Below the pieces are notes generated by a model. That model was not told the DNA's origin and ran no database searches. It worked only from the letters and a program-made list of their open reading frames with translations. The position numbers were made by a program, and so were the translations under genes. A DNA stretch of 64,000 nt from a bacterium. Its GTDB lineage: Archaea; Thermoplasmatota; E2; JACPAO01; JAHFTW01. Shown here piece after piece: positions 28,533 to 37,482 of the stretch. Each line of letters opens with the position of its first letter. The stretch's first letter is position 1. Location: the NCBI GenBank assembly GCA_040390065.1, contig JAZJZE010000009.1, forward strand, positions 1 to 64,000, given 5' to 3'.

Positions 28533-29402
28533 GTGCGCCTGTTGCTTGCCGCGGCCGTCGTGTGCCTGGCCAGCCCGTGCGCGGCGCAGATTGGGTGGCG
28601 CGACGGCGACCCGTTTGCCGGGCCGATCGAGGCCGTACTCACGCCACCGTACACCGACTACCACGTCAACGCCTGGCCCGACGATGTCACGTACACGTGG
28701 GCCAACTCCAACACGTGCGGCACCTTCGAGCAGCGCGGCGCGACGGCCCGATGGACGCATGGCGACGAGACCGACTGCCATCGCCGCGGACCCGGCATCC
28801 ATGCCGGCACCATCACGGTGACCGTCCATTCAAGCGACGGCAACCACGACATCACCCGCAGTTACGCCAAGGGATCGGTCACGGGCACTGGCCCCGAAGT
28901 CTACGTGGACGCCAACGGAGCCACGCGCACCGCCACCGTGTTCCGCGGCGCGGCAGACATCCTCCCGACCCGGCTCGACGTAGAGGCACCCGGTGGCCGG
29001 GCCCTCCGCATCGACCTGGAGGCGGGCAACTTCGGCGACGCGGCCGGCTCGCACGACATCCCCGTCAAGGCCACGAAGGCCGGAGCATCGTACCAGGCCG
29101 GCAAGGAAACCTTCACCCTCGACCCCACCGAGGTGCGCACCCAAGCGTTCGACTGGACGGCGCCAGTCGGCGGCACCTGGACCATCACCGCCGAAAGCCT
29201 CTCGGTCACCATCAACCTCGATCTGGGCGAGACACGCAACGCCACCCGGCCACTTCCTGCCGACCCGGATTGGCAAGGATCGTACTGGGACTCTGCCGAG
29301 CCCGGCGCGGCCGCGAAGCCCAGCCCGATGCCACTCGGCCTCACCGCCATTGTCCTTTCCGGACTAGCGGCAGCCCGCAACGCGCGGCGCAATCGGCCCT
29401 GA
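28533..29402 (+). CDS. Secreted protein with C-terminal sorting-like signal
   Basis: Signal peptide; ends KPSPMPLGLTAIVLSGLAAARNARR. Confidence 0.72.
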   Translation: MRLLLAAAVVCLASPCAAQIGWRDGDPFAGPIEAVLTPPYTDYHVNAWPDDVTYTWANSNTCGTFEQRGATARWTHGDETDCHRRGPGIHAGTITVTVHSSDGNHDITRSYAKGSVTGTGPEVYVDANGATRTATVFRGAADILPTRLDVEAPGGRALRIDLEAGNFGDAAGSHDIPVKATKAGASYQAGKETFTLDPTEVRTQAFDWTAPVGGTWTITAESLSVTINLDLGETRNATRPLPADPDWQGSYWDSAEPGAAAKPSPMPLGLTAIVLSGLAAARNARRNRP

Positions 29403-29447
29403 CGGATCCACCGCAACCGCCTTCCGTCGCCGCCCGCGTCGCGCCGC

Positions 29448-30371
29448 GTGGCCAAGCGCTTCAACGACCGCCTCACCGCCCCGCTCCCTCGCTTCAAGGA
29501 TTTCGTTCGCATCCTGCGAGAAGGGGGCTTCCATGGGCGCGGCCACCCAGAACGGGCGGCCGGCGACGTGCCACGGGTTTCCGCTCCACTCCCCGCAGTC
29601 CCGCAACGGGCCATCGGACTGACATGGATCGGCCACGCGACGTACCTCGTCCGCATCGGTGGCCTCAACATCCTCACCGATCCAGTCTGGAGCCCAGGCC
29701 TGCCGGGCCGCATCAAGAGGTTGGTTCCACCTGGCATCGCCTGGAACGACTTGCCGCGCATCGACGCCGTCGTCGTCAGCCACAACCACTACGACCACCT
29801 GGATTCCAAGACCGTGAAGCGCTTGCCGCGCGACACAGCCATCTTCGTGCCACTGCAACTGGGCCGGTTCTTCCGCCGGCGCGGCTTTACCAACGTCACC
29901 GAACTCGACTGGTGGGCGGAGGCCACCTTGGCCGGCGTCTCCCTGACGTGTGTTCCGGTGCACCACTGGAGCCGCCGCGGACTCACGGACACGAACAAGA
30001 CCCTGTGGGGCGGCTGGGTGATGCAGGCGGCAGGCCGACGCGTCTTCTTCGGCGGCGACACCGCCTACGGCAAGCACTTCGCCGACGTGGGCGACCGCTT
30101 CGGGAGCTTCGACGTGGCCCTCATGCCCATCGGTGCCTACGCGCCGCGCTGGTTCATGCAGGACGTGCACATGGACCCCGACGAAGCCGTCGCCGCCTGC
30201 AAGGACCTGCGGGCGCAACGCATGGCCACCATGCATTGGGGGACCTTCGTGCTGACGCAGGAACCACTGCTGGAGCCCCTCGAACGCATCCGCGCCGCCT
30301 GGGCGGCGGCTGGCCGGCGCCGCGAAGACCTCCTGGACCTGGCCATCGGGGAAAGCCGCGTCTTGGAGTAG
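29448..30371 (+). CDS. MBL-fold metallo-hydrolase (NAPE-PLD/RomA-like)
   Basis: WIGHAT, SHNHYDHLD, GDTAY, PIGAY, HWGTF. Confidence 0.9.
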   Translation: MAKRFNDRLTAPLPRFKDFVRILREGGFHGRGHPERAAGDVPRVSAPLPAVPQRAIGLTWIGHATYLVRIGGLNILTDPVWSPGLPGRIKRLVPPGIAWNDLPRIDAVVVSHNHYDHLDSKTVKRLPRDTAIFVPLQLGRFFRRRGFTNVTELDWWAEATLAGVSLTCVPVHHWSRRGLTDTNKTLWGGWVMQAAGRRVFFGGDTAYGKHFADVGDRFGSFDVALMPIGAYAPRWFMQDVHMDPDEAVAACKDLRAQRMATMHWGTFVLTQEPLLEPLERIRAAWAAAGRRREDLLDLAIGESRVLE

Positions 30372-30522
30372 GTTCAGCGACCTCCGGCTCGCACGGTTGA
30401 ACTGTGCGGGACGTCCATGGCCGTCCAGGCACGTCCGCGGCCGTCCACCCCCGGCCACCCCCGGCCAGCGCCCGTTTCGCCCTGGCCGAATCCTTTTCCC
30501 ACGCCACCCCGTCGACCACCCG

Positions 30523-31479
30523 ATGACGGGCCTGCCCAACATCCCTCTTGCAGTGTCGGGGCGGCCCCGCCTGCCGGAGTGGTTCAAGGTCAAGGCCCCA
30601 AGCGGCGAGCAGTACACGGCAATCAAGCAGGCGCTACGCGAACGCGGCTTGTCGACGGTGTGCGAGGAGGCGCGGTGCCCGAACTTGGCGGAGTGCTGGT
30701 CCGGCGGCAAGTCTGGCCGTGGCACGGCGACGCTCATGGTCATGGGGGGCACGTGCACGCGTGGTTGCCGCTTCTGCTCCGTCCCGACGGGCAAGCCTGG
30801 GGCATTGGACCCGGAGGAGCCGCGCAAGGCCAGCGAGACGATCGGTGTGATGGGCGTCGGCTACGTGGTCATCACGAGCGTGGACCGCGACGACTTGCCC
30901 GACGGCGGGGCTGCGCATTTTGCCGACGTCATCCGGTGCTGCAAGGCGGACCACCCGGGCCTCCTGGTCGAGGTCTTGACGCCGGATTTCCAGGGCGACC
31001 GTGCCGCTCTCGGCGCCATCCTCGACGCGCGCCCCGACGTCGTCGCACACAACGTCGAGACCGTGCGCCGCCTCACCCCATCCGTTCGCGACCGCCGGGC
31101 CGGCTACGACCAGACCCTCGCCGTCCTGCGTGCGTACAAGTCGCTGGGCGCCCGCTTTACGAAGACCAGCATCATGCTGGGCCTCGGCGAGACGCAGGCC
31201 GAAGTGGAGGAGTGCTTGCGAGATTTGCGCGCCGCCGACGTCGACATCGTCACCTTCGGCCAGTACCTGCGGCCGACGCAGGAGGCGCGGCACCTGCCGG
31301 TCGTCGAATTCGTTCCGCCGCAGGGGTTCGCCGAGTACCAGCGGATGGCGGAGGCGATCGGGTTCCTCTACGTCGCATCCGGGCCACTCGTGCGTTCGTC
31401 CTACAAGGCCGGCGAGTTGTTCCTTGAGGGCATGATTCGCTCGTCGGCAGTCGCGCCAAGCCTGGGCCGCGCGCTTTAA
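30523..31479 (+). CDS. lipA: Lipoyl synthase
   Basis: CEEARCPNLAEC, CTRGCRFC, RSSY. Confidence 0.96.
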   Translation: MTGLPNIPLAVSGRPRLPEWFKVKAPSGEQYTAIKQALRERGLSTVCEEARCPNLAECWSGGKSGRGTATLMVMGGTCTRGCRFCSVPTGKPGALDPEEPRKASETIGVMGVGYVVITSVDRDDLPDGGAAHFADVIRCCKADHPGLLVEVLTPDFQGDRAALGAILDARPDVVAHNVETVRRLTPSVRDRRAGYDQTLAVLRAYKSLGARFTKTSIMLGLGETQAEVEECLRDLRAADVDIVTFGQYLRPTQEARHLPVVEFVPPQGFAEYQRMAEAIGFLYVASGPLVRSSYKAGELFLEGMIRSSAVAPSLGRAL

Positions 31480-31503
31480 CCCGGTGCCTGTGCTTGGCGC
31501 CGC

Positions 31504-32823
31504 ATGGCTGAGCCACCGCCAGGGTCCCCCAAGCCCCCGCGCGGCCTCGCCCAGCTTTGGGTCGTGCATCCAAGCGTCACGGCGCCGCCCGAGCAACGGC
31601 GGGCCCGAGCTGCCGCTGGACTGCTTATCGCATTGACGGTTCTGGCCGCCCTCGACACGATCGCGTCGGCCGCCTCAGCCTACGGACCCCCGACGGCGCT
31701 CGACATGGCGGCGAACATGGCGTCCCTCGTCGGCTTGGTCGTCGCCTATGCCCTCGTTCGAAAGGGGCGCACGACGTGGGGCGTCATCACCGCGCTCCTC
31801 GTCATGCAGGCGGCCATCTGGGCCTACCGCGTCAAGGACTCTGGGCCCGGCGAGACGCAACTGCTGTACTTCCTGGTGGTGCCGCTTCTTCTAGGTGGGC
31901 TGCTGTTGCGGGGCCGGGCCGCGTACGCCATGGCCGTGGCGACCATCGTCTCGTCCGTTGCATTCGAGGCGTACCTCGACAAACGCTCGGGGCAGGGCCT
32001 CAACTCGGACGATGCCAGCCTCATCCTCCTTCTGGGAGCCGTCGCGTCCATCTCCGTCGTGGCGGCCCGCTTTGCCGAAGGCGACGCGCAACTGCTCGAC
32101 CGCCGCACCGCGGAATTGGAGGCGGCATCCGAGGCCTTGCGCGAAGCGATGGCCGAGCGCGCCCGCATGTTCAACCAGATCGCACACGATCTCGCCAATC
32201 CGCTAAGCCCCATCTTGCTGCAGACGCGCATCCTGGCCACCGCCGACGCCGAAGGCACTGCCAAGGGATTGGCCATCATCCGTCGCAACCTGGAACTCGT
32301 GCAGCGCCAGGTGGACGACCTCAAGGAACTTGCACGGCTCGAAAGCGGACGCATGAAACTCACGATGGCGCCGCTCGACCTGAGCGCGCTTGCCCGCGAG
32401 GCGGTTGAGTCCTTCCGCGCGGGGGCCCAGGAACGCCAATTGTCGCTCCAGGCCGCATCGACGGGGCCGCTTGTCGTCCCGGGCGACCGCGCTCGCATCA
32501 ACCAGGCATTGTACAACCTCGTGGGCAACGCCCTCAAGTTCACGCCGAGCGGCGGAATGGTCTCGGTGAAGGCCGCCGCGGACGGGAACTTGGCGGTCAT
32601 TGACGTGGTCGACACGGGTCGCGGCCTTTCCGCGGAGGACATCGCCCGTCTATTCCGGCCGTTCTCGCAAGCACACTCGGCCGGCGAGATTCCCGAGCGC
32701 GGCAGCGGCTTAGGCCTGTACATCGCCAAAGGCATCGTCGAGGCCCACGGCGGCACCATCGGCGTCGCCAGCGCGGGCCGCGGCCAAGGCAGCACGTTCA
32801 CGTTCCGATTGCCTCTAGGATGA
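31504..32823 (+). CDS. Membrane sensor histidine kinase
   Basis: About 6 TM helices; AHDLANPL H-box, NLVGNALKF, DTGRG, GSGLGL. Confidence 0.92.
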   Translation: MAEPPPGSPKPPRGLAQLWVVHPSVTAPPEQRRARAAAGLLIALTVLAALDTIASAASAYGPPTALDMAANMASLVGLVVAYALVRKGRTTWGVITALLVMQAAIWAYRVKDSGPGETQLLYFLVVPLLLGGLLLRGRAAYAMAVATIVSSVAFEAYLDKRSGQGLNSDDASLILLLGAVASISVVAARFAEGDAQLLDRRTAELEAASEALREAMAERARMFNQIAHDLANPLSPILLQTRILATADAEGTAKGLAIIRRNLELVQRQVDDLKELARLESGRMKLTMAPLDLSALAREAVESFRAGAQERQLSLQAASTGPLVVPGDRARINQALYNLVGNALKFTPSGGMVSVKAAADGNLAVIDVVDTGRGLSAEDIARLFRPFSQAHSAGEIPERGSGLGLYIAKGIVEAHGGTIGVASAGRGQGSTFTFRLPLG

Positions 32824-32861
32824 CGGGTTCAAGAACGCCCAACGCCTGGCACGCCCAGCCC

Positions 32862-33134
32862 ATGGCGTTCAGTTTTCGGATTCTCGATGGACCAATCATT
32901 CGGTTCAGCAAGACGTTTCGCTGGTCCAAAATCAAGGTCTGGCACGACGACATGCTCGTATACGAGGGGCGCCCAGCATCCGGCGAACCGGTACGCTACG
33001 AGGTCCGGGAAAAAGGCCGTGAAATTCCATATGTGATTGCCCTCGATGGAAACGTCTACGCGTGGACGCTTGGCGTTTGGCGAGATGGGGCACAGGTGCT
33101 GAAGGTCGCATATGGCCGAAGGACGAAGGCATGA
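32862..33134 (+). CDS. Hypothetical small protein
   Basis: Lower-GC ORF with ATGA overlap to the next gene. Confidence 0.55.
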   Translation: MAFSFRILDGPIIRFSKTFRWSKIKVWHDDMLVYEGRPASGEPVRYEVREKGREIPYVIALDGNVYAWTLGVWRDGAQVLKVAYGRRTKA

Positions 33135-33637
33135 CCGCCTCCGACGTCCTGCCTTACTTCCAACTTGCCTCCGCCGCAGGCATCGTGGTGGGCGCCTTCT
33201 TCGCCGGCTATCAACTGTGGCGTGGGGAGCAGCACCGCAAGGCCGCAGCCGCTCTGGCGACAGTGACGTCGTTCAACACGTCCGAATTCCGCAACGCGTT
33301 TGCCAAAGTGTACTCACTGCCGCTCGGCGCCGATGCGAAGCAGGTCCGGGACGCGGGCCGCGACATGGAGGACGCGGCGACCGCCGTCATGATGACGTTC
33401 GAGATGATTGGTGTCCTCGTCTACAACCGCATGGTGCCCATCGAGACGGTGGACCAGGCCATCGGGGGGTTCCTGCGTGAATCGTGGCGCCGCCTCGAGA
33501 AGTACGTCGCTGTCAAGCGCGTCGAGGTGCAGAGTCCGCGTTGGGGGGAATGGTACCAGTGGCTGTTCGAGCACTTGGCCGTGAACCCGCGCCGCGCCGA
33601 GGGCGCGTACCAGACGTTCAAGGATTGGCGGCCGTAG
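33131..33637 (+). CDS. DUF4760-like single-TM protein
   Basis: N-terminal TM, FEMIGVLV...W...YQWL pattern. Confidence 0.7.
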   Translation: MTASDVLPYFQLASAAGIVVGAFFAGYQLWRGEQHRKAAAALATVTSFNTSEFRNAFAKVYSLPLGADAKQVRDAGRDMEDAATAVMMTFEMIGVLVYNRMVPIETVDQAIGGFLRESWRRLEKYVAVKRVEVQSPRWGEWYQWLFEHLAVNPRRAEGAYQTFKDWRP

Positions 33638-33639
33638 CG

Positions 33640-33855
33640 TCAGCTGAGTCCGGCGCCACGAAGCGACGCGAACGTGTCGTCGAACGTGCGTAGGAGGCCG
33701 AGCGCCGTGGACGCCGTCGCCGTCAGGACCAGCCAACCGCCGTCGACGACCGCATGCAGAAAAACGCCGTTGTCCGCGGCCAGGGCACGCAGCATGCGCG
33801 CCGCATCGGAGGGCGATTTGCAGTCGATGCGCAGCACGGCATGGTGGACCGTCAA
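33640..33855 (-). CDS. pcc1: KEOPS complex subunit Pcc1
   Basis: About 71 aa, RALAADN...LLRTFDD; position after rps15-DHH is the usual euryarchaeal order. Confidence 0.78.
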   Translation of the reverse strand: MTVHHAVLRIDCKSPSDAARMLRALAADNGVFLHAVVDGGWLVLTATASTALGLLRTFDDTFASLRGAGLS

Positions 33856-35270
33856 GCGGCCACCTTGACGAAGCCTTGGGCGACGAGGGCCGCATCGAGC
33901 GCGCCAAGGAATGCCTCGACGTCGGCGCTGCCGATGACCGCGCCGGCAGCGACGGGGTGACCGCCACCTTCCTTGCCGACAGCGGCCGCCGCGAGTTGGC
34001 AGGCGCGCCCCAAGTCGAGGCCCGCGCGGACTTGCTCCTCGGTGCCCCGCGTCGAGACCTGCACCAGACCATCGGGCCGCTTGGCCAGCACCGCGATGGG
34101 GCGCACTCGATCCTCGAGCATGACGGTCATGGCCACGCCGGCGACCATGCCCGTGTAGTCGGCGCGTTCGGTCCATGCCACGCCGACGGCGCGCCGCAGG
34201 TCCAGTCCCTTCTCGCGCAAGACGCGCAACCCTGCGACGAGCGCCACCTTGTAGCGGCGCAGGCAGGCCATCGCCTCGGCCTTGGCCGACGGGTCGCCCA
34301 TGAGGTACGCGATGCCCGTCGTGGGTTCGCCTTCGCGGCCGCAGGCGTCGACGATGCGGAAGACGTGCCGCAGGCTGGTGCCAAGGCGCACGTTGTGGTC
34401 GGTGGGTGCAACGAGGCGCGCAACGGCTTCCCGTTCGCCGGCGCCAAGCAAGCGAAGCGCGCACATGGAAACGAGGCGGGCCTGCTCCTCGGGGTTGAGG
34501 TCCTCGACGTCCGCCGTCGGGTTGAGCCCTTCGGCCTGCACGGCCTGCCACGCCGCCTGCGGATTGCCGTGCAGCCCGGGGATGGGTGGTCGGAAGCGTG
34601 CCATCGCCTCGGCGAGGTCGGCGCCGATGAAGCGCGGTTGCACGACTGGGGCCACGGTGCCATCCGCCCGGCAGCGCTCCAGGATTTCCAGGTTCCAGCC
34701 CTGCCACGACGGGCGCTGCTGCCAGTCCCCGATGGCGCCCGAAAGGCCGACGGAGGCCCAGCCCCACGCTTCGTCGCCACACAGGGCAAGGGCCAGGGCG
34801 ACGGCAGTGGTCGCGCCGGAGGCATCGCGCGAACCGTCGAGGCCGCACATGCGGGGGTTGACCATTGCGAAGCCGGGGGCGTCCGGCGTCAAGCCGTGCG
34901 GGTTATGGTGGTCCACGACGAGGACGGGGCGGTCGGGCGTGGCCGCGGCGGCGAGCAGGGCGGCGTGGCTCGTTCCCTTGTCGAGCAGGATGATTCCCTG
35001 GAACGGCTCGGCAAGGGCCGCGCGGTACGCGGCTTCGTCCTTGGCCCGGCTCGGCCGCGCCGTGAAGCGGTGCCCGATGCGCAGCAAAGCCCGGGCCGTG
35101 ACGGCAGCGGCACACAAGCCGTCGGCGTCCGTGTCGCAGGCCAGCAGCCAATGCGTGCCCCGGGGGCGGCCCTTGATGAGCACCGCAGCCCGCATGGCTG
35201 CCTCGCGCAGGGAGGACGTATCCGGCCGAGCGCCTGCGCTGCCCTCGCCCGGGATGTCCTCCATGGCCAC
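33852..35270 (-). CDS. RecJ-like DHH phosphoesterase
   Basis: DTDADG, LLDKG, VVDHH, GAIGD, GGGHPVAAGA. Confidence 0.9.
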   Translation of the reverse strand: MAMEDIPGEGSAGARPDTSSLREAAMRAAVLIKGRPRGTHWLLACDTDADGLCAAAVTARALLRIGHRFTARPSRAKDEAAYRAALAEPFQGIILLDKGTSHAALLAAAATPDRPVLVVDHHNPHGLTPDAPGFAMVNPRMCGLDGSRDASGATTAVALALALCGDEAWGWASVGLSGAIGDWQQRPSWQGWNLEILERCRADGTVAPVVQPRFIGADLAEAMARFRPPIPGLHGNPQAAWQAVQAEGLNPTADVEDLNPEEQARLVSMCALRLLGAGEREAVARLVAPTDHNVRLGTSLRHVFRIVDACGREGEPTTGIAYLMGDPSAKAEAMACLRRYKVALVAGLRVLREKGLDLRRAVGVAWTERADYTGMVAGVAMTVMLEDRVRPIAVLAKRPDGLVQVSTRGTEEQVRAGLDLGRACQLAAAAVGKEGGGHPVAAGAVIGSADVEAFLGALDAALVAQGFVKVAA

Positions 35271-35330
35271 GGCCAGAGGCTGGTCCGGTTAGCGTTTTTG
35301 GGGGACCGCAGGCGCGGGTGCGGCCGGTTC

Positions 35331-35361
35331 GTCGACCAGCAGCCGCGCGCCTTCGCGCGTG
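35331..35361 (-). repeat. Duplicate of the last 31 bp of rps15 coding sequence
   Basis: 30/31 identical to 35453-35483; both encode TREGARLLVD. Confidence 0.85.
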
Positions 35362-35449
35362 GCGCAATGGCCGCGCAAGCCCAACCGCGGCGTAACCTCG
35401 CTCGGCATCGGCACGCACAAATGGCGCGGTGCAGGCGCCTTCGCTGCGC

Positions 35450-35881
35450 TCAGTCGACCAGCAGCCGGGCGCCTTCGCGCGTGTAGTTCCACTCAGGCGG
35501 CAGTTCGCCGCGGGACTGGTGGTACTTGGCCAGTCCACGGATGCGGGACTCCATGAGTTCGAGGCCGCGCAGGTTGTGCAGGTCGCGCGAGTTGGCCGCG
35601 AGGTGCTCCTGGAGGTGGATGGAGCGGGCGATCAGGTTCTGCAGGTCCTGCGGCAGCTTGCCGGAAAGGCCGCCGTCCTTGATGATCTGGGCGATCTTCT
35701 TGCCGGTGAGTTCCTGCACCGAGGGGACGCCGTAGGAGTCGCGAAGGATGAGGCCGATCATGGCCGGCTGCTTGCCTTCCTTGGCGAGTTCCAGGACCTT
35801 GGCCTCGGCCTCGCGGGGCAGGAGGGGCACCCAGGACGGGTGGGAATCGCGTACGGGCTTCGAGCTGGCGTGGCGGGACAT
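35450..35881 (-). CDS. rps15: 30S ribosomal protein S15 (uS15, archaeal type)
   Basis: IGLILRDSYGVPSV, PQDLQNLI, DLHNLRGL, ESRIRGLAKY; GGTGA SD. Confidence 0.95.
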   Translation of the reverse strand: MSRHASSKPVRDSHPSWVPLLPREAEAKVLELAKEGKQPAMIGLILRDSYGVPSVQELTGKKIAQIIKDGGLSGKLPQDLQNLIARSIHLQEHLAANSRDLHNLRGLELMESRIRGLAKYHQSRGELPPEWNYTREGARLLVD

Positions 35882-35900
35882 GGGTCACCTTCAATGCAGG

Positions 35901-35950
35901 AAGCGCACGGTCGTATCTCCGGGCTCACCGGGGACTACGAGGATACGCTT
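35901..35950 (-). promoter_or_regulatory. Structured 5' leader of rps15 (candidate r-protein leader)
   Basis: Hairpin AAGCGUAU..UCGUAGUC.CCGG-UGAGC-CCGG.GAUACGA..GUGCGCUU between a TATA-like CTTATA (about 35975-35980) and the SD. Confidence 0.6.
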
Positions 35951-36113
35951 CCAAGGCTCGCGACAAGGAGCCGGTATAAGACGGTTACCCAAACCCTTGG
36001 ACGGACCGTGGACGGAGAGGCCACCGATGTGGCCGTTGACGGTGGATGCATCCGGCCCGTCGGCAAGCCTTTCGCCCCAAACGGCAATCCTGGGTTGCGC
36101 CTTTCAAGGGCGC

Positions 36114-36458
36114 ATGAGGAACCGCATGCTTCGAACCTTGACGATGACCAGCTTGTTGACGACCGCCTTGCTCGCCTTCGGTGCGCCGGCGACCGATGCG
36201 GCCCTGCCGGGATGCTACCAGACCCTGGATTCCCCCACCAGCCATTACTGGTGCGAAGCCCCGGGTCAGCGCCTCGACTGCTATCGCCAGACGGATGGCC
36301 ACTACGAGTGCCTCATGACCGGCGGCGTGCGCGGAGAGGCCGTCATGTGCCGTGCCGGCACCGATGTGCCGCCGGACTCCATCGTCTGCCGCGTCAACAA
36401 CGCCTGGGTGACTTGCGTCCGCATGGGCCCAGCCTTCTACTTCTGTGAAATCTTCTGA
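36114..36458 (+). CDS. Small secreted Cys-rich protein
   Basis: Signal peptide, 8 regularly spaced Cys. Confidence 0.7.
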   Translation: MRNRMLRTLTMTSLLTTALLAFGAPATDAALPGCYQTLDSPTSHYWCEAPGQRLDCYRQTDGHYECLMTGGVRGEAVMCRAGTDVPPDSIVCRVNNAWVTCVRMGPAFYFCEIF

Positions 36459-36523
36459 GCCCACACCGCGCTGGCCGGCCCCGGCCACAGGACACACTCG
36501 CACGCACTCGTGCCGCGGCTCTA

Positions 36524-36790
36524 GAGGCTGTTTCATAACTTCCAGGAAGCCTGCGCGCGCCGGTTTGCAAGCAGGGCTAGGGGGAGTTGCCGACCGCGTG
36601 GCACCGCCACGCCGAGGCAATTCCGACGACGCCATCCGCCGTAAAGCGGCGCGCCCTCCGGGTCATTTTCCGGCCACACACTCCCGTCGCGGGCGGCCTT
36701 GGCGGGCTTCCGGCCCGCCGGCGGCCGCCATCGCCAGGTTGCGAAGCCCGGAAAACGACGCAGGCACCCTGGCAGTTATGAAACGGCCTC
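36524..36790 (+). mobile_element. MITE-like element, copy 2
   Basis: TIRs GAGGCTGTTTCATAACT ... AGTTATGAAACGGCCTC with CTAG at both junctions. Confidence 0.85.
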
Positions 36791-37182
36791 TAGGCAAACA
36801 GAAGGGGCTCGTCCGACGCGGTCATCGTGAAGCGGTTGGGGGACGTCCAGAAGTCCACGACGACCCAGACGGGTCCCTGCTTGGCGAAGGACTGCCCGAA
36901 GTCCGTGCCAGTGTCGGATTCGTAGGCCTTCACCTCGTGCATGCCGTTCGTCAAGGACATGTTGAAGGGCATCCAGTTGTGCTCGTCCTCCACGGGTGCC
37001 GCCCGGTCGAAGACGAGGACACCATCGACCCAGACCTTGATGTGCGCGGTGGGGTGCGCGAAGCTCTGGTTGCTGACGTAGAACTGTGCATCGCCGCCCA
37101 CAGTCTGGCCTGCCGGGGACGACGTGCAGCCGGAGGCGAGCAGCAGGCAGAAGAAAGCCGCAATGCGGACCAGGAGCATCAT
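36790..37182 (-). CDS. Small putative lipoprotein
   Basis: LASGC lipobox, beta-rich domain; its TAG stop is the MITE junction. Confidence 0.7.
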   Translation of the reverse strand: MMLLVRIAAFFCLLLASGCTSSPAGQTVGGDAQFYVSNQSFAHPTAHIKVWVDGVLVFDRAAPVEDEHNWMPFNMSLTNGMHEVKAYESDTGTDFGQSFAKQGPVWVVVDFWTSPNRFTMTASDEPLLFA

Positions 37183-37255
37183 CGCACCCTGGTGGGCTGC
37201 CACGCCTAAAAAGGGGTGGCAAAACGTTTGGCCGGGGCGTACGAGAGCGGGGACG

Positions 37256-37441
37256 TCAATAGCACGGGTGCGGGTAGGCGAAGTGGCACGGACGGAGGTT
37301 CTGCTGGATGCAGTCGACCTGGTCCTCGACGGGGGCGCGCGGGTCGAGGGCGCACGACGACGAGGCGGCGGCGGGGGCGGGCACGGCGATGACGGCCACG
37401 GTTCCGACGAGGAGGAGGGCGAGCACGAGTGCGGCGCGCAT
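37256..37441 (-). CDS. Secreted Cys-containing peptide (61 aa)
   Basis: Signal peptide plus about 35-aa mature part with 4 Cys. Confidence 0.6.
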   Translation of the reverse strand: MRAALVLALLLVGTVAVIAVPAPAAASSSCALDPRAPVEDQVDCIQQNLRPCHFAYPHPCY

Positions 37442-37482
37442 GCCGACGCCATGGCGGAGTCCCGTCATGATTCTTGCGGCTA

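Noticed and set aside
31504-32823. Histidine kinase with no adjacent response regulator
   Set aside because: Orphan kinases are common, and nothing in the sequence links it to a specific system.
35331-35483. DGR template/variable repeat pair
   Set aside because: Only 31 bp, the single mismatch is C/G rather than at an adenine, and no reverse transcriptase is present.
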